Below are positions 50,536 through 60,462 of a stretch of 64,000 nt of DNA, piece after piece. The stretch lies in IMG/VR virus record IMGVR_UViG_3300024999_000034, positions 1 to 64,000 of that record; one strand, given 5' to 3'. Position 1 is the first letter of the stretch. Each line of letters opens with the position of its first letter. This DNA comes from a virus. The translations under genes and the position numbers were made by a program. The notes below the pieces were generated by a model. That model was not told where the DNA came from and made no database searches. It worked only from the letters and a program-made list of their open reading frames with translations.

Positions 50536-50868
50536 ATGAAAAAATTAATATCTATCCTAACCCTAACCATATCTCTCCTAACATCTTCTATCCTAACAAC
50601 TTCAGCTAATCCCTCAATCCAACCTAACTCCGATCACTCCTACACAATGATAGCACTCGCCACAAAATCCCTCTATAATCCTTCAGAATCTTGCTATCAT
50701 ACAATCCTACAAAATGAAAATGGCGACACCTTCACAGTCCTAACCTCAGACAATGTTACAAACAAATGGTTCGAGTGCTCAGTAGATTCCAATTCTACAC
50801 CACAAATTATCACTGATGATAAAATAATTGATTTAGGATTATTAGAAGAAACAGAAAATTGTCAATAA
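50536..50868 (+). CDS. Secreted protein with signal peptide
   Basis: MKKLISILTLTISLLTSSILTTSA-N signal peptide. Confidence 0.65.
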   Translation: MKKLISILTLTISLLTSSILTTSANPSIQPNSDHSYTMIALATKSLYNPSESCYHTILQNENGDTFTVLTSDNVTNKWFECSVDSNSTPQIITDDKIIDLGLLEETENCQ

Positions 50869-50989
50869 TATATCATTATAAATTGTAAAATAAATTTGCA
50901 AAAACATCTAACCTGTGCTATTCTATTGGCATAGGTTTTTATTGTAATCAGTCCAAATCAAAAGTAAAAAGAAAGAAGGTAAAATACAT

Positions 50990-51544
50990 ATGATTAAACT
51001 TACCGAACTCAAGCGCATGATAAAATCAAACTCATTACGCAAAGCATTTTACTCCGAAGGTCTTACCAATGTAATTTTTAATTACGATAGAATGGTATTA
51101 ATTGAGTTAAAACAATGCGACCAACTCAAACTATTTAATTATCTGAAATCAATCAATTATGTCGATGACAAGTATAGTTTCGGAGAAAATGAACTTTACA
51201 CGGATTCAGAACTTAAAAATAAACTTGAAAAACTTAAAGGGAATACCTCGGAGCATATACAATGTTTGGTCGATACAGGAATACAATTCCATCAATCTGG
51301 AGCCTGGAAAGACTCTGAAAAAACATTATATAAAATTTTCAAAACTAAAAATGGACTAATGAAAATTAAAGACGAATACATTTGTTTGCTTAATCAGGAT
51401 ATTAAAAAAGGAGTAGTTTTAAAAACAAATGAAGCTCAGTCAATGATATTTATCTATAATAATACAAACGATTGCATAGGAGTATGCATGGGAGAAAAGT
51501 TTGAAATGAGCGAACTAACAGAATATACAAATTGGGGATCTTAA
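50990..51544 (+). CDS. Early hypothetical protein
   Basis: AGAAGG RBS, terminator at 51545-51570. Confidence 0.65.
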   Translation: MIKLTELKRMIKSNSLRKAFYSEGLTNVIFNYDRMVLIELKQCDQLKLFNYLKSINYVDDKYSFGENELYTDSELKNKLEKLKGNTSEHIQCLVDTGIQFHQSGAWKDSEKTLYKIFKTKNGLMKIKDEYICLLNQDIKKGVVLKTNEAQSMIFIYNNTNDCIGVCMGEKFEMSELTEYTNWGS

Positions 51545-51652
51545 GGAGCTTTACAGCTTCTTTTTTTTCTTTCCCTGCTACAATTTCCCTCTATCTATAA
51601 TCTAACCTCTTAAATCCCTATCCACGGGCCTTAAAACGTAAAATAAATTAGT

Positions 51653-51681
51653 TTGACATTGTGCTATCTATCAATTATAAT
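51653..51681 (+). promoter_or_regulatory. Consensus SigA promoter
   Basis: TTGACA-17-TATAAT with an upstream A-tract. Confidence 0.85.
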
Positions 51682-51724
51682 CTTACTTAGTAAATCAAAT
51701 ATAAATATTAGGAGGAATACATAA

Positions 51725-51868
51725 ATGAAAAAAGTCTATGCGTTGTGTGGAGCAACAGGTATTGTTAAAATGTTTTCCAGTAAATCAAAAGCGGAAACAA
51801 TGGCTAAAACATATAATCTTCAATGTAATTCTGATTCTTATTATGTTGAAGGTTATGAAGTAGAATAG
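51725..51868 (+). CDS. 47-aa protein missed by the ORF track
   Basis: AGGAGG RBS, MKKVYALCGATGIVKMFSSKSKAETMAK...GYEVE*. Confidence 0.7.
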   Translation: MKKVYALCGATGIVKMFSSKSKAETMAKTYNLQCNSDSYYVEGYEVE

Positions 51869-51880
51869 AATTAAGAAGGA

Positions 51881-52171
51881 GTGCTAAAAATGAGTAAAAA
51901 CCAATGGTATGTACATACTGAGGGTTCAATTGGTTATATTAGCCACAATCTAATCCAATATACGCCAACTAAACAAGATGCTGAAAAACTACTAAAACAA
52001 GTAAAGAAAATTGATAAACTATGTTATGTTGACTTTGTTTGGAAATCAGACTTGCACCTTCCATTTTCTAAACTACATGGTAAAATGCCAATAAAAGTTG
52101 AAAGTATAATGGATGTACTAATTCCACTAATTGAAAATGATTTAAGATCGTGGAACAAAGCATTAATTTAG
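51881..52171 (+). CDS. Early hypothetical protein
   Basis: Followed by a gagtagta-GAAA-tactactc terminator. Confidence 0.65.
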   Translation: MLKMSKNQWYVHTEGSIGYISHNLIQYTPTKQDAEKLLKQVKKIDKLCYVDFVWKSDLHLPFSKLHGKMPIKVESIMDVLIPLIENDLRSWNKALI

Positions 52172-52196
52172 AGTAGTAGAAATACTACTCTTTTTC
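52171..52196 (+). terminator. Intrinsic terminator
   Basis: 8-bp stem, GAAA loop, T-tract. Confidence 0.85.
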
Positions 52197-52333
52197 TTTG
52201 CCTATGCTCCTTATCTTATCTCTATATAATCCCTCCAGGCCTTCCACAATGCCTATTAAGCTCTTATAAATCCTATCTGATACAAATACACTCTAAACAG
52301 ATAATAAGGCCACACAATGTTTAAATAATTATA

Positions 52334-52378
52334 TTGACATTTGCTATAGTGATCTGTATTATATTAAGTAATTACATA
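52334..52378 (+). promoter_or_regulatory. SigA promoter with AGTAATTACATA at +1
   Basis: TTGACA-17-TATTAT. Confidence 0.8.
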
Positions 52379-52400
52379 TTGAATTAAAGGAGGCTTCAGC

Positions 52401-52922
52401 ATGTCGGAATCTAAATTAGTCGGTTATGAATGGAAAACTGAAAAAGGAGAAAAATTCTCTGCATACGATGGCGGTTTAATCCCTGCTAAAGTGTCAGATT
52501 GGAGTCAAGCAGAAAAATCCCAATTATCTGGTAAAACTATAGTACATATTTATTGGATCTTAAAAGATGGAGAAATACTTCCATTCGGTAAAAATTCAGC
52601 TATGAAGGAACTAGGAATCAAAGCAGGGACAATAAAAAAGATGGCCGAAGAATACATGTCACAAGCAAGAAAACAAGCAGAAGACTACAAATGGCTATTA
52701 AAATCTATCGGATCAATGCAAAAACATTCTAGCATTCAAAATGCAAATAATGCATATATAAATACAAACTATTCACCCATGCATACTCCGAGACCTAGAA
52801 TTAGTTATCTGGTAAATACAGCTTGTTTTTGTCTTAATAATGAATATCTAACGAGACAAAACAACGAAGAAAATAATAAGGTACTAACCGAACTAGGATT
52901 TATAAAAGTATTGGAGAACTAG
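52401..52922 (+). CDS. Early hypothetical protein
   Basis: AAGGAGG RBS. Confidence 0.7.
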   Translation: MSESKLVGYEWKTEKGEKFSAYDGGLIPAKVSDWSQAEKSQLSGKTIVHIYWILKDGEILPFGKNSAMKELGIKAGTIKKMAEEYMSQARKQAEDYKWLLKSIGSMQKHSSIQNANNAYINTNYSPMHTPRPRISYLVNTACFCLNNEYLTRQNNEENNKVLTELGFIKVLEN

Positions 52923-52976
52923 AAATAGTTCTCTTCTTATAATTTTTTATTGGTAGTTTAAGGAGGAATAAATAAA

Positions 52977-53174
52977 TTGAAAAACTGGTTAAATGTAAAA
53001 ATTGAAGATTATGTGTTAACCTACAGCAAATCAAATAGGCCACAATTCCATTCTTGCAATTGGTGCGGCAATCCTGCAATTAAAATCATCACGAGAACTA
53101 GTGTAGCGACAGGTAATACTTATAGTGATTTCGCTTGTGATCGACATACAGAAGATTGGAAACAAGGAATATAA
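52977..53174 (+). CDS. Small zinc-finger protein
   Basis: CNWC...CDRH, TTG start with AAGGAGG. Confidence 0.65.
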   Translation: MKNWLNVKIEDYVLTYSKSNRPQFHSCNWCGNPAIKIITRTSVATGNTYSDFACDRHTEDWKQGI

Positions 53175-53385
53175 AAATAAATCACTAGAAGGAGCTTAAA
53201 AGAGCTTCTTTTCTTTTTGCTATACATTATATCATTTCATAATCCAAACACCTTAAATAACCATTTCTGGCCTTATCATTGCTATCTGACTAATCCTGCT
53301 ATACTCACATTCTTAATTCTGTAAATACCAGAAAACTCTTGTTTTATCCTATTGTATGAAGTGTAAAATAATTATTTGTAATCAG

Positions 53386-53430
53386 TTGTATTTTGTTCAA
53401 TAAGTGTATATAATAGATAGTAATTACATA
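53386..53430 (+). promoter_or_regulatory. SigA promoter with AGTAATTACATA at +1
   Basis: TTGTAT-17-TATAAT. Confidence 0.75.
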
Positions 53431-53458
53431 CTGAATTTTAAGGAGGAAGTGTTATAAA

Positions 53459-53883
53459 ATGAAATGTGATGAAAAAGGAAAATCAATTATTTTGTCTTGC
53501 ACTAAGGAAGAATTAATGGTAATCATGGGAGTTTTGAAGAGTGCAGCAAATAAAGCAGATCGAGAATTAAACAGAGAAAAAGCTAACCTCTTAGATACTT
53601 TTCAGGGTAATTTGAACGCTATACAATGTGGTATGTATACAGGTATCAAATTTGATATTAAAACTAAGGAGGAATAGAGAATATGGAACTCAAAAAACTA
53701 CAAGCAGAACTTGAAGATGCTGAAGAAAAAGTAATCGATGCCCAGGAGGAATATAATAGGATCAAAGAGGAACTAGAAGAACTCAAAGACCAACTTGACG
53801 GAGCTAAAGGTGATCTTAGAGAAGCAAAAGAATTAGTTAAAAATATCAAAGCAGAGATAAGAGAGGCAAAGGAAATTAAATAA
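53459..53883 (+). CDS. Two small ORFs (53459-53677, and the coiled-coil 53683-53883)
   Basis: AAGGAGG RBSs, heptad pattern in the second ORF. Confidence 0.65.
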
Positions 53884-54072
53884 ATGGATACTAGAAGCTG
53901 TAAAAGGCTTCTATTTTCTTTTCCGGTACTAACTAACCATAAATCAATTAAAACCTCTTAAAACCTTATTTCTGCTGTTCTGTCGCTATTCTGTATACCT
54001 TTCATGTTCCAAAAAGATAAACTGCCCATTTTAATGGGTGAATGAAATAATAATTAAGATATAATTATTATG

Positions 54073-54117
54073 TTGACAATGGATATTAATTTTAGTATTA
54101 TAATTAGTAATTACATA
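54073..54117 (+). promoter_or_regulatory. SigA promoter with AGTAATTACATA at +1
   Basis: TTGACA-17-TATTAT. Confidence 0.8.
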
Positions 54118-54137
54118 ATTATTTAGGAGGTTCTAGG

Positions 54138-54523
54138 ATGCTAACAAAAAAGCAGAAAACAAAACTTGAAAAACTTGCCAAAGATGTTACCGCCTCAAAA
54201 ATTGTAAAAGGTATTGAAGTTAATAAAATGTCATCGGATCAAGTTGAAACAGCAATTAGCAATTTAACGGAGGAAGAAGAAAATTATTATACTAGTCTTG
54301 TAATTGGAGAAAATAACTAAATGTAGGAGATGGTAAAAAAATGAAAAAGGGAATGTATGATTTTAATGATTTATTGCAATGTAAATTGCATCTTCGAAAA
54401 CATGGTGAAATTATTTGTAGTGGTTATATTGTGGCAAACATGTTTAATTTTTGTATGGCTGAAGGGATTAAAATTACAGTTGAGAAAATATCTGAAACGG
54501 AATACAAATTCTTAAAGAGCTAA
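54138..54523 (+). CDS. Two 60-aa ORFs (54138-54320, 54341-54523)
   Basis: AGGAG RBSs, terminator after the second. Confidence 0.65.
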
Positions 54524-54763
54524 CAAATAGCTCTTTTTTCTTTTCTCCTACCCTTTAAAAATCCATTTTTATACTATATTTTGATTTTAAGAATCGACTT
54601 ATAGCAAGGGTTCTAGGGTTTTTACTTTTTGCAATTTTAATGAATTGTAAAATAATTATTCAAATGCCATTGACGTATTATATTAAATCATAGTACAATG
54701 AGACGAACGCTAAAATTAACTTATAATTATTATTGATATGTAATAATACAAATATAAAATAGT

Positions 54764-54792
54764 TTGACAACTTAGAGTAAAATCATTATACT
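54764..54792 (+). promoter_or_regulatory. SigA promoter
   Basis: TTGACA-17-TATACT. Confidence 0.75.
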
Positions 54793-54832
54793 ATACTTAG
54801 GTACATAAATAAATTATAAGGAGTTGGCACGA

Positions 54833-55481
54833 ATGGAAAACTTAAAATCTTTAGTAGGTCAACGGGTAACGCTCACCAGTATTTATGGTAGCGTATACAA
54901 TTCAACTCTAACAGAGTATGAGGATGAATTAGTCACAATCAAAAACGAAGGATTTATGGAAATTGTTTTTGCAATTGAAGAAGTTCAAAGCGTAGAAAGA
55001 AGGGTTTAAAATGATTGCTAAAATGACAGACAAAGTTAGATATAATGAGGGGATCACAACTATTCCTGAACTAGATGCTTTAGGGTTGATCGAATTTAAG
55101 CAAGAGGATAATATTTATTCTAAACGTACTGCTTCTGGTGTATGTACTAAATATTTTGCTAGTCTTAAAGATTCCGGAGGATGTTGGGAGATTTCAAAAA
55201 CTTCTTATCTGTCCAGAACAGGCCAAAAAGAAAAAATTGGAAAGGTTGAAAAACTGATTAATTCCGAAGGTTTAGAAATTACAAAAGAAGCAATTAGTAC
55301 ATATAATCGGAAAAGTTGTTCCCTCGGAGGAAATGACAATTGGAATATTGCAAATGGTTTAGGGACTAATAAGGAGAATAGATATCTAAAAAGTGTAGCG
55401 CGGTATTATGGAGTAGATAAATTAACAAAAGAAGATATTAAAAGATATATAGAAAGGGAAAAGATAGGAATACTAGTGTAA
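54833..55481 (+). CDS. Two ORFs: small Sm/SH3-like beta protein (54833-55009) and a hypothetical protein (55011-55481)
   Basis: LVGQRVTLTSIYGSVYNSTLTEYEDELVTI resembles an Sm-like fold (weak). Confidence 0.5.
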
Positions 55482-55668
55482 AATAAATTACTAAGAAGCT
55501 GAATAGGCTTCTTTTTCTTTGCCTTGTTATAGTTTTACCCTAAACATATTACAACGCCTTAAAAGTGCCATTATGGGCCTTACAATCAAATATAATTACT
55601 ATTTGACGTTTGTATATTTGCTATGATATTATGTAAATAATAAAATAAATTTAAGGAGAGCTGAACTC

Positions 55669-56160
55669 ATGAAAAAATATGATTTTGTAAAAATTCTAAA
55701 CATTGGCGTTGGAAAAATTGAAAACATTTGGGACAATAAAGACGTTCAAATTAATATCTGTGATACTATGTATTATAGGGATCTTACAGAAGATAGGCAG
55801 GATATAGGTAACGTTGAACTAGCAACGGAAAAACAATACATAGAATTTATCAAATTCATGATTAAAGAACTTAACGCAAAGTCTAAAAATAAAAGGAGCG
55901 AAGCAGCAGACTATAATCGAGAAACAAACGGAGAAGCCACCAGGAGGAAAGGTAAAGTCTCAGTAATAAATGGTAATTATGCTTTTGGATTATGCGAAAA
56001 TTCAATATCTCAGCATCATAGAGGATTACTGTCCGATGCTAAAAAAGCAAAGGAGTTAAAAGACAAACTAAAAAAGGAAATAGCATGGTATAAACACAGA
56101 GATAAATTAATAAAAGAGGCTGAAAAGGAAAGAAAGAATAGAGAAAATAATGCAGGGTAA
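55669..56160 (+). CDS. Early hypothetical protein
   Basis: AAGGAG RBS, terminator at 56167-56197. Confidence 0.65.
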   Translation: MKKYDFVKILNIGVGKIENIWDNKDVQINICDTMYYRDLTEDRQDIGNVELATEKQYIEFIKFMIKELNAKSKNKRSEAADYNRETNGEATRRKGKVSVINGNYAFGLCENSISQHHRGLLSDAKKAKELKDKLKKEIAWYKHRDKLIKEAEKERKNRENNAG

Positions 56161-56499
56161 ACCATTTAGACTAGAAATAAAATTCTAGTCTTTTTCTATG
56201 TTCATTCAGCCGGATCAACTCATTTTCCCTTTTCAATCCTTCACATTCCCAAAACACTCCAACAGAAACGTCCCTTCTTGCCATCAGATTGCATTGCCCT
56301 TTATAATCTTGCCTAGCATCGATTTAAACGTCTCAGAATTAAAATAAGCATAATATACAATCAAATCTGGCTTATTAAGCGCAGATTAACTCCGATACAG
56401 TCATTAACTATATAATTACCAATCATTACCATACTATGAATCATATAGCATCATTAATATAAGTAATAGCATATAAATCAAAATATAATGTTTTAGGGG

Positions 56500-56528
56500 T
56501 TGACGGATTGCTGTTTAAGTATTAAAAT
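56500..56528 (+). promoter_or_regulatory. SigA promoter
   Basis: TTGACG-17-TAAAAT. Confidence 0.7.
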
Positions 56529-56534
56529 AAAGAC

Positions 56535-56880
56535 AGTTAAACAATACATAAATAAAAACTTACTAGGAAGTAGTTAGTGAGTTAACCCCATAAAGTTTAC
56601 AGGTTTTCCAGTTTGACCTTTAAAAACTGAGGGATAGGACAATGGAGCAGATTGCCTACCTAAAAGCTCTTTGAAAACTGAATAAAGCGAACTAGCACCA
56701 TAAACCTTCAATACTACTTTTTGGATTGACGCTTGCGCTTATAAAAGCAAGTTGAAGGAGTGGGAAAGATGAAATACAAGCGCACGGAACGCCTTCAGCT
56801 AGTTAAATTGTCCCTTACAAAAACTTGCTCATCTTGTCTTAATTTCTGCTCTCTTAAAGTAAAAAATAAAATTAAGAAAG
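56535..56880 (+). ncRNA. Structured ~340-nt leader containing a Firmicutes rrn-type boxA
   Basis: gctctttgaaaactgaata at 56666-56684. Stems aacttacta/tagtgagtt, cagttt/aaactg, aactagc/gctagtt, ccttcaa/ttgaagg, cttgc/gcaag. Confidence 0.6.
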
Positions 56881-56892
56881 TGAGAAATAAAA

Positions 56893-58101
56893 ATGTCTGA
56901 AAATCAAAAAGAATCTATTTTAAAACTTGCTAAAGGTTCTTGGCAGCGTTCAATCCTCAGAGACTTATTATCTTATTCAGCCATAACAAATCCTATCAAA
57001 TCGCTTAAAGGTAACGCTAAATCTTATTCAAAACGTTATCAAGTATCATTTTTTGCGTTGCTTTTTAGAATCGAAAAAGCCGGATACACCATAACAGTCA
57101 AACCTGGCCCACTTGGTGGACAGTGGGGATCTACATACAGTTTATCAGTATAAAGTTAAAAATAATTATTCTAAACACTTTCAAAATAGAGAGTGGAAAT
57201 TAAGGCAAGAAAAAAGTATAATTGTAAGGGAATCAAAACTATCTTTTATCTCTTATTGCTTTTCTTGTTTTTATTTTTACCCTCTTAATTAAGAGGGGGA
57301 AAATAAAATGACTAAAACAAAAATTAATCAATTATTTATTGAATCTTGTGATAAACTAATTGGAGAACTTGCTTACACAGATATGGTAAATCACAAAAAA
57401 ACATTATCTAAAGCAAAACAAAGAAATTATCAAGGAGGTTATTCACTTTCCGCAAATACTCAATACCTGCTAGAAACTAAAAAAGCGTATATAGCAGGAA
57501 CAATGAGTGAAGAGGAGTCAAAAGCTATATTCCTTCGACAAAAACTATGCGGAAACGTGCTATAACAAATTGTCTATAACAATCGTAGAGGGTAAACACA
57601 AGGACAAGGAAAGCAAAATTAAAGGGATTAAAAAAGACAATTCATGGTAGTTGAAGTGTCTTTTTCTAAATTATATCATAATAATTATTAAAATATGGTA
57701 TAATTTAGAAAGGACATTTAAGTCCCTAATTTAAGGAGGTTTTTAAAATGACTAACAAAAAATGGTTTTGTACTCCTGATGCTGAAACGAGAAAAGGAAT
57801 TGCTGGTTATAGATTTTACCTGTCAATGAAGAAAAATTATGAGCCGGATGTCGAACTTTCTCCTTCGCCTTGGGTTCATGCTGAAGCTTTGGAGTCTAAA
57901 AATGATTTTTTCTTTACTTCGCGTGATATTGCTTATCCAGAAATTACGAAACGATTAGGAGAAGTAGAAAGATTAATATTACATCCTTGTTATGTATGTA
58001 ATATTACTTTTGACGAAAAACTACTTTACCCTGTTGTAAATGATAATGACGAAAAAACAGGGGAACATATTTGCCATGAATGTCTAAATAATGACGACTA
58101 A
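56893..58101 (+). CDS. Three short hypothetical ORFs (56893-57153, 57308-57565, 57748-58101)
   Basis: RBSs present, the third has CxxC..CxxC. Confidence 0.6.
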
Positions 58102-58203
58102 ATTAATTAACCCTTAAAATTGGTTGTAAGTGTACGCAAGTTAAACATGCTATAACAAATGCTTGCGTATAGTTGGGAATCAATTATTAAGGAGTGGTAT
58201 TAT

Positions 58204-59505
58204 ATGAAAGAAATGCTAGTAAAAACTTTCGGAATTGTGGGTTTAGTTGGTCAACTAAAATCTGGTCAAATCAACAGGGATGCTGAAATGCAAAGATCGT
58301 TTGTGTGGGGTAACAAGGAGCAAACAGACTTAATTGATTCTGTTTTTCAAGCTCTAACAACTTATATCCCTCCCTTGATTGGTGCTGAAACTGAGGTTGA
58401 AGTTGAGGTAAAAGGGAAAATCGAAAAAGTCATTGACCTTCTTGACGGAAAGCAGCGCAGTACAACCTTGGAAAAATTCTTGAATGATGAAATAAAGTTG
58501 GGCCATAACATTCGGCCTGTTGTCATTGAGAATGAAGACGATACTATTGAAACTTACATAGTTGCAGGGAAAAAATGGAGCGAATTACCGGACAGAGCAA
58601 AGCAAGTTTTCAAGAATTGTAAGATCCAAATGGTTTATTTTAAGGACATGACACAACAGGAAAGAGAATTGCAGTTCATCAAACTCCAGGGAGGGAAGAA
58701 ACTAAGTAATGCAGAAGTAAACAAGGTTCGCATTGGTGATGAAGTCAGAACATTTATCTATAAGCAATTAGCAACAGATTTATGGACTAAATTCATTAAT
58801 GTTTCTGCAAACCGCGAGGTTAAATTTGAGACAATGCAACAAGTACTAATGGTTATGACTAATTCCTTTGACTTATCCGGCAAATCATTACAAGCATTTT
58901 CAGAGGATTCTATCATGGTCGATGCTGAAACCATGGTAAAAGTTGAGAGAGTCACGGAATACCTAAATGAAGTTGTAAAATTCATTAAAAAATTCTCTTT
59001 ACCTACTGAACTTCAAAAACTTGAAGAATCAGAAGTAATCATCAAACTCGAACCTAAAGAGCTTAAAAAGTATCAGAAGCCTATAGAATATCTTAAGAAG
59101 GTTCATGTCTCAGTTATCTATAACACGGCACTCAAGGCCATTCTGAACGATATTAGCGCAAAGGATTTTGCTAAATTTGTTGCTAAATTCTTCTTTGATG
59201 TTCCTGCAAGGTATAAAAGATATACAGAATCAGATACTTCTAGTGCATCAAGTGGGAAAATTAGAATTGAGGAAATGGATAAGGCACTGGTCAATGAGTT
59301 CAAAATTGTGGCAAAGGTTACTGAAGTAAAAGTTGAAGAGGTTCAAGATGTTGAGCCAGTAATTGAGCAATGGGAACAACCTTTACAAGTTGAAAACCTC
59401 GAATCTATCATAACAGATGAACCTGAAGAGTTCGGCAATAATGAAGAAGATAAGCAAGACGCTCAATTAATTATTGATATTACAAATAATTCCAATGTTG
59501 CTTAA
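58204..59505 (+). CDS. DUF262 (ParB/Srx-fold, GmrS-like) domain protein
   Basis: MQRSFVWG...LIDSV...YIPPL...LLDGKQRSTTL...FIKLQGGKKLS, with AGGAG RBS before the ATG at 58204. Confidence 0.8.
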   Translation: MKEMLVKTFGIVGLVGQLKSGQINRDAEMQRSFVWGNKEQTDLIDSVFQALTTYIPPLIGAETEVEVEVKGKIEKVIDLLDGKQRSTTLEKFLNDEIKLGHNIRPVVIENEDDTIETYIVAGKKWSELPDRAKQVFKNCKIQMVYFKDMTQQERELQFIKLQGGKKLSNAEVNKVRIGDEVRTFIYKQLATDLWTKFINVSANREVKFETMQQVLMVMTNSFDLSGKSLQAFSEDSIMVDAETMVKVERVTEYLNEVVKFIKKFSLPTELQKLEESEVIIKLEPKELKKYQKPIEYLKKVHVSVIYNTALKAILNDISAKDFAKFVAKFFFDVPARYKRYTESDTSSASSGKIRIEEMDKALVNEFKIVAKVTEVKVEEVQDVEPVIEQWEQPLQVENLESIITDEPEEFGNNEEDKQDAQLIIDITNNSNVA

Positions 59506-59593
59506 TTAATCCTTGGTAGTTTTGAGCTTATGCGTTAAGATAATAACAAGGCTTAACGCATTGTCGGAAAAATTTAAAAGGAGCTGTATTATT

Positions 59594-60359
59594 ATGTCTA
59601 ATAATTGTTTTGTTGCAATTGTAAGAACATACAATGATAATAGTAAAGAGTATGTTCTTACGACAAAAAATGATTATGAGAAAGAATCTAAAATTAAAGA
59701 CTTTAAAGAAGAATTGTCTTATTTTAAAACCTATATTGAGGCATGTGACTATATTTATTCTTTAAGTTAATTTTCCGTTTAAATCATGTCTTTATGGTAT
59801 TAAGTTTTTAGAATAAATTTGAAAGTTGGAAATCAAATGAAAGAATTTAATTACTTAGGACTTACTTTTAAACCGTTGAGAACTCTAAAGGGTAAATCGT
59901 CTGATTTCTTTGCAATATCAAAAAAACTAAATGATATTAAAATTACTCCTAAAAATTGGAATCATACGGAATTTTATAAATCAGCAGAACAAAACGGAGC
60001 AGGAGAAATTGACTTATTTGAGGTAAATGGGTTAGTGGTTATTCCTTGTCAAAATTGTTTGTTTCAATATAAATAACTAGTATATATGTCCTCAGAGCGT
60101 TTCAGCCATAACAAAACAGGTTGAAACGTTGTCGAGGGTATATAAATTAAAGGAGTCGAAACAAATGAAAAAGTGCAATATTTGCAATGACCATTTTGAC
60201 GATCAATTTATTTCTCAATTCGAGACATTAACCTACACCAAAAAAGTTCTTCAAGTTTGTTTCTATTGTAAAGAAGATGAGTCAGAATATGACGATGGCG
60301 AAGAAATGGAGTGTATCAGGCAAGGTGATTCAATTTATTATCCTTCCCACTTGCTATAA
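59594..60359 (+). CDS. Three short hypothetical ORFs (59594-59770, 59819-60076, 60129-60359)
   Basis: Short ORFs separated by conserved-loop hairpins. Confidence 0.55.
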
Positions 60360-60462
60360 CAAAAGCTTTAATTATTCTCTAGGTCGTGATATAATGTAAA
60401 TATAAATATTACGGCTTGGAGAGTATTTAAGACTCTTCAAAATTTAAAGAAGCGTGTTACAT

